Part shown: positions 61,865-64,000 of the stretch, piece after piece
Layout of the letters: the number at the start of each line of letters is the position of its first letter
Position numbering within the stretch: the stretch's first letter is position 1
Origin: Aplysia californica
Taxonomy: Eukaryota
Assembly: GCF_000002075.1 (NCBI RefSeq)
Contig: NW_004797490.1
Span: forward strand, 1,025,013 to 1,089,012
Direction: 5' to 3'
DNA: 64,000 nt
Program-made: the position numbers and the translations under genes
Notes under the pieces: generated by a model
Told to the model about the DNA's origin: nothing
What the model saw: only the letters and a program-made list of their open reading frames with translations
Databases searched by the model: none

Positions 61865-64000
61865 CCGGGTGAGAATAGCCAACGCTGGCAAGTCTCACCG
61901 GGGGTGAGAGGTCGATCGTATTTTTATTCTCACCCCGGGTGCCCCGGGTGAGGATAGCCACCTAGAATCTAAGTGTAAGTAAAACTAAAAATGTGAGTTA
62001 CGGGTGGGTAATAACGAGGCATCTCCAGTTTGATTTACCTTTAATGAACAGTAAAGCGAGGGGAGCGAGCAGCCAAATCCAGAGCCTTAATTAAAAGGCG
62101 TTAAATGTGTGTCATTGAACAATCAGAACATTTTATCACTTGTGACTTGTGAGTGTGTAGTCTCTGGAAGGCCTCCGACCGTTAAACGGAAGTTCAATGT
62201 CAAAACCGAAAGTGAATTTCTTTTGTTTCTTCTTTAGAGAAGAGCGTTAAAGTAAAAATAAACCATAGATGTAGAATTCTGTTAAATAAACTCATGTTTG
62301 TTCGCACTATAGGCTAACCAACAGCTGTAGAAGTGTAGGACAAGTATTTCATAAATCCTTGCTGAATGTCTGTCCTTATTCTCTTAAATAACTTTAACCA
62401 AATTCATTGTTTGAAGCAATGACGTCTAGCATGGATCATAATATATGGTACGGAATGGGGTTCGTGTATCAGGCATGGACCTACAGAATTCTACACTAAA
62501 AATTCTGTGGGACTATCAAGGAGGTTGGGCCAAACTCTCTTTTATCAATTATTATTTCTGGAGTAGGCATAAAGGACCTTTATAATGTCCTTAGGAGAAG
62601 GCTACTTTGAGTATACAAACCATCTAGATGAATAAAAGATGCTGCATATGTGCATAAATCATAAATTTGCTCTATAAGAGGTAGCTCTATGGTATAGAGT
62701 CTTCTAATACTGTACACAATTACAAGAGAAAAAGAACAAATATTATTAGCGATGGCGAGCAGCATTCAGAACGACAAAATGCCAACATACCCAAGCTCTG
62801 TCTATTCTCTCTAAAGTAGATTATCTACTAATTTCCCCATTATAAAAAGACGATTGAGCAAAATCAGCTGTTGTTATGTTGTTGTTGTTGTTGTTTGTTT
62901 GTTGTTATTATTGTTCTTTTTTGTGTTCTTTTCTTCCAATTGGTTTCAGTATGTGTTCAGAAGATTATTGTATTTTGTTTATTTCACTTTCAAAAGTGAA
63001 GAGGACATAATATCAGCAAAAGCAATGTAATTGAATTATACACTGTTATATAGATCTATTCATTAAAACATCTGATTTTGTTAATTTCAGTTTGAACTGT
63101 ATATTTCATTGGCTGGCTGTCTTGAATTAGATTATTGGTTTGCGATTCCCGCCCGTCTGAATACGCAGTTAGAAGCTTGGTTCGTTGTTTATGTGTTATT
63201 ATGTAGCAAGATCACGGAGGTAACAATAAGCCAATAAGCTCCTTGAGCAAGATCGAACATTTTTGCTGTACGGATCATTTTCATGGGGTATAAAATGTCC
63301 TTCTACACAGAAGAGCACTTCCTTAACGCATGCGCATTGGCCTGGGCCACGTAAAAGTATTGCAGTCAACAGATCCACCGTGAAAACGTTGAACCAGAAG
63401 TCGTTGGAACTTTTGAACTCATTTGTCCATTGGAGTTAATTTTCACAGTCACGATGGTGAGCGAGAATACTGCATGCTTCTGGTTTTGGATGTGGATTCC
63501 ATTTATTACACATGAATCATAGAATAGCGGTGGAAATAGACTCTTGCCTTGGCGCCGGCTTGGCGAAATCGGAAATGTCACCAAATAATGGCAACTCCCA
63601 TCCATCGTTTCATACATGATACACAACTCTATAATACAATGTTAGATCGCCGCCAAATTTTAATACTACGGTTGCACTGGAGACTGGTTTCGTTTTAGTT
63701 TTTGTCATTTAATTTTTAATAGATAAAAGATGGGGTGAGAAACAAAGTCTTCACTACCTAACAGTAAGTGCTACTCCATCCATGCTTACCTAAATCGTGT
63801 TGGCTGTGTTTTGTTGACAATCGTCACCTCGTCAGAAGTAAAAGCAGAAACGTCGGAGCCCCATGTCACCACCGTGCCAGTGTCCATAAAATACTTAGTT
63901 CTTAGTTTAGATTATTAGTCAATCACCCTCAAAGAAATAGCCATTTCATGACTGTGATGATAGGCCAAGCCCATGGCCCACTAGTCTTTGTCTTAGTAGA

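Noticed and set aside
317-63626. The many 60-160 aa ORFs in the track
   Set aside because: Mostly non-ATG starts, low-complexity, or inside repeats and introns; no recognisable domains apart from those listed as features.

Overview
AT-rich, intron-containing animal genomic DNA, not prokaryotic. The abundant TAGATCTA/TAGGCCTA motifs and the SINE types suggest a gastropod mollusc (inference). Three host genes are visible. (1) The first coding exon of an unidentified minus-strand gene runs off the left edge. (2) A plus-strand gene, probably head-to-head with it, encodes a 484-490 aa low-complexity protein with about 20 S/T-P sites, an RRLF cyclin-docking motif and a C-terminal NLS, followed by a probable ~10 kb 3' UTR. 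(3) A complete 8-coding-exon tafazzin gene (268 aa) lies on the minus strand. The rest is a dense, often nested set of transposons whose TIRs and TSDs can be read directly: a full-length decayed THAP/P element inserted 272 bp after the tafazzin stop, an Academ element inside a MITE, a Harbinger-type MITE inside a pogo relic, and piggyBac-, Merlin- and CACTA-like MITEs plus RTE fragments. The most system-like observation is a modular retroposon set in which three unrelated heads, and tail-only inserts as short as 40 bp, all share one ~45-nt 3' stem-loop tail. No CRISPR array, rRNA or convincing tRNA gene was seen. All family assignments come from motif recognition; no database search was run.
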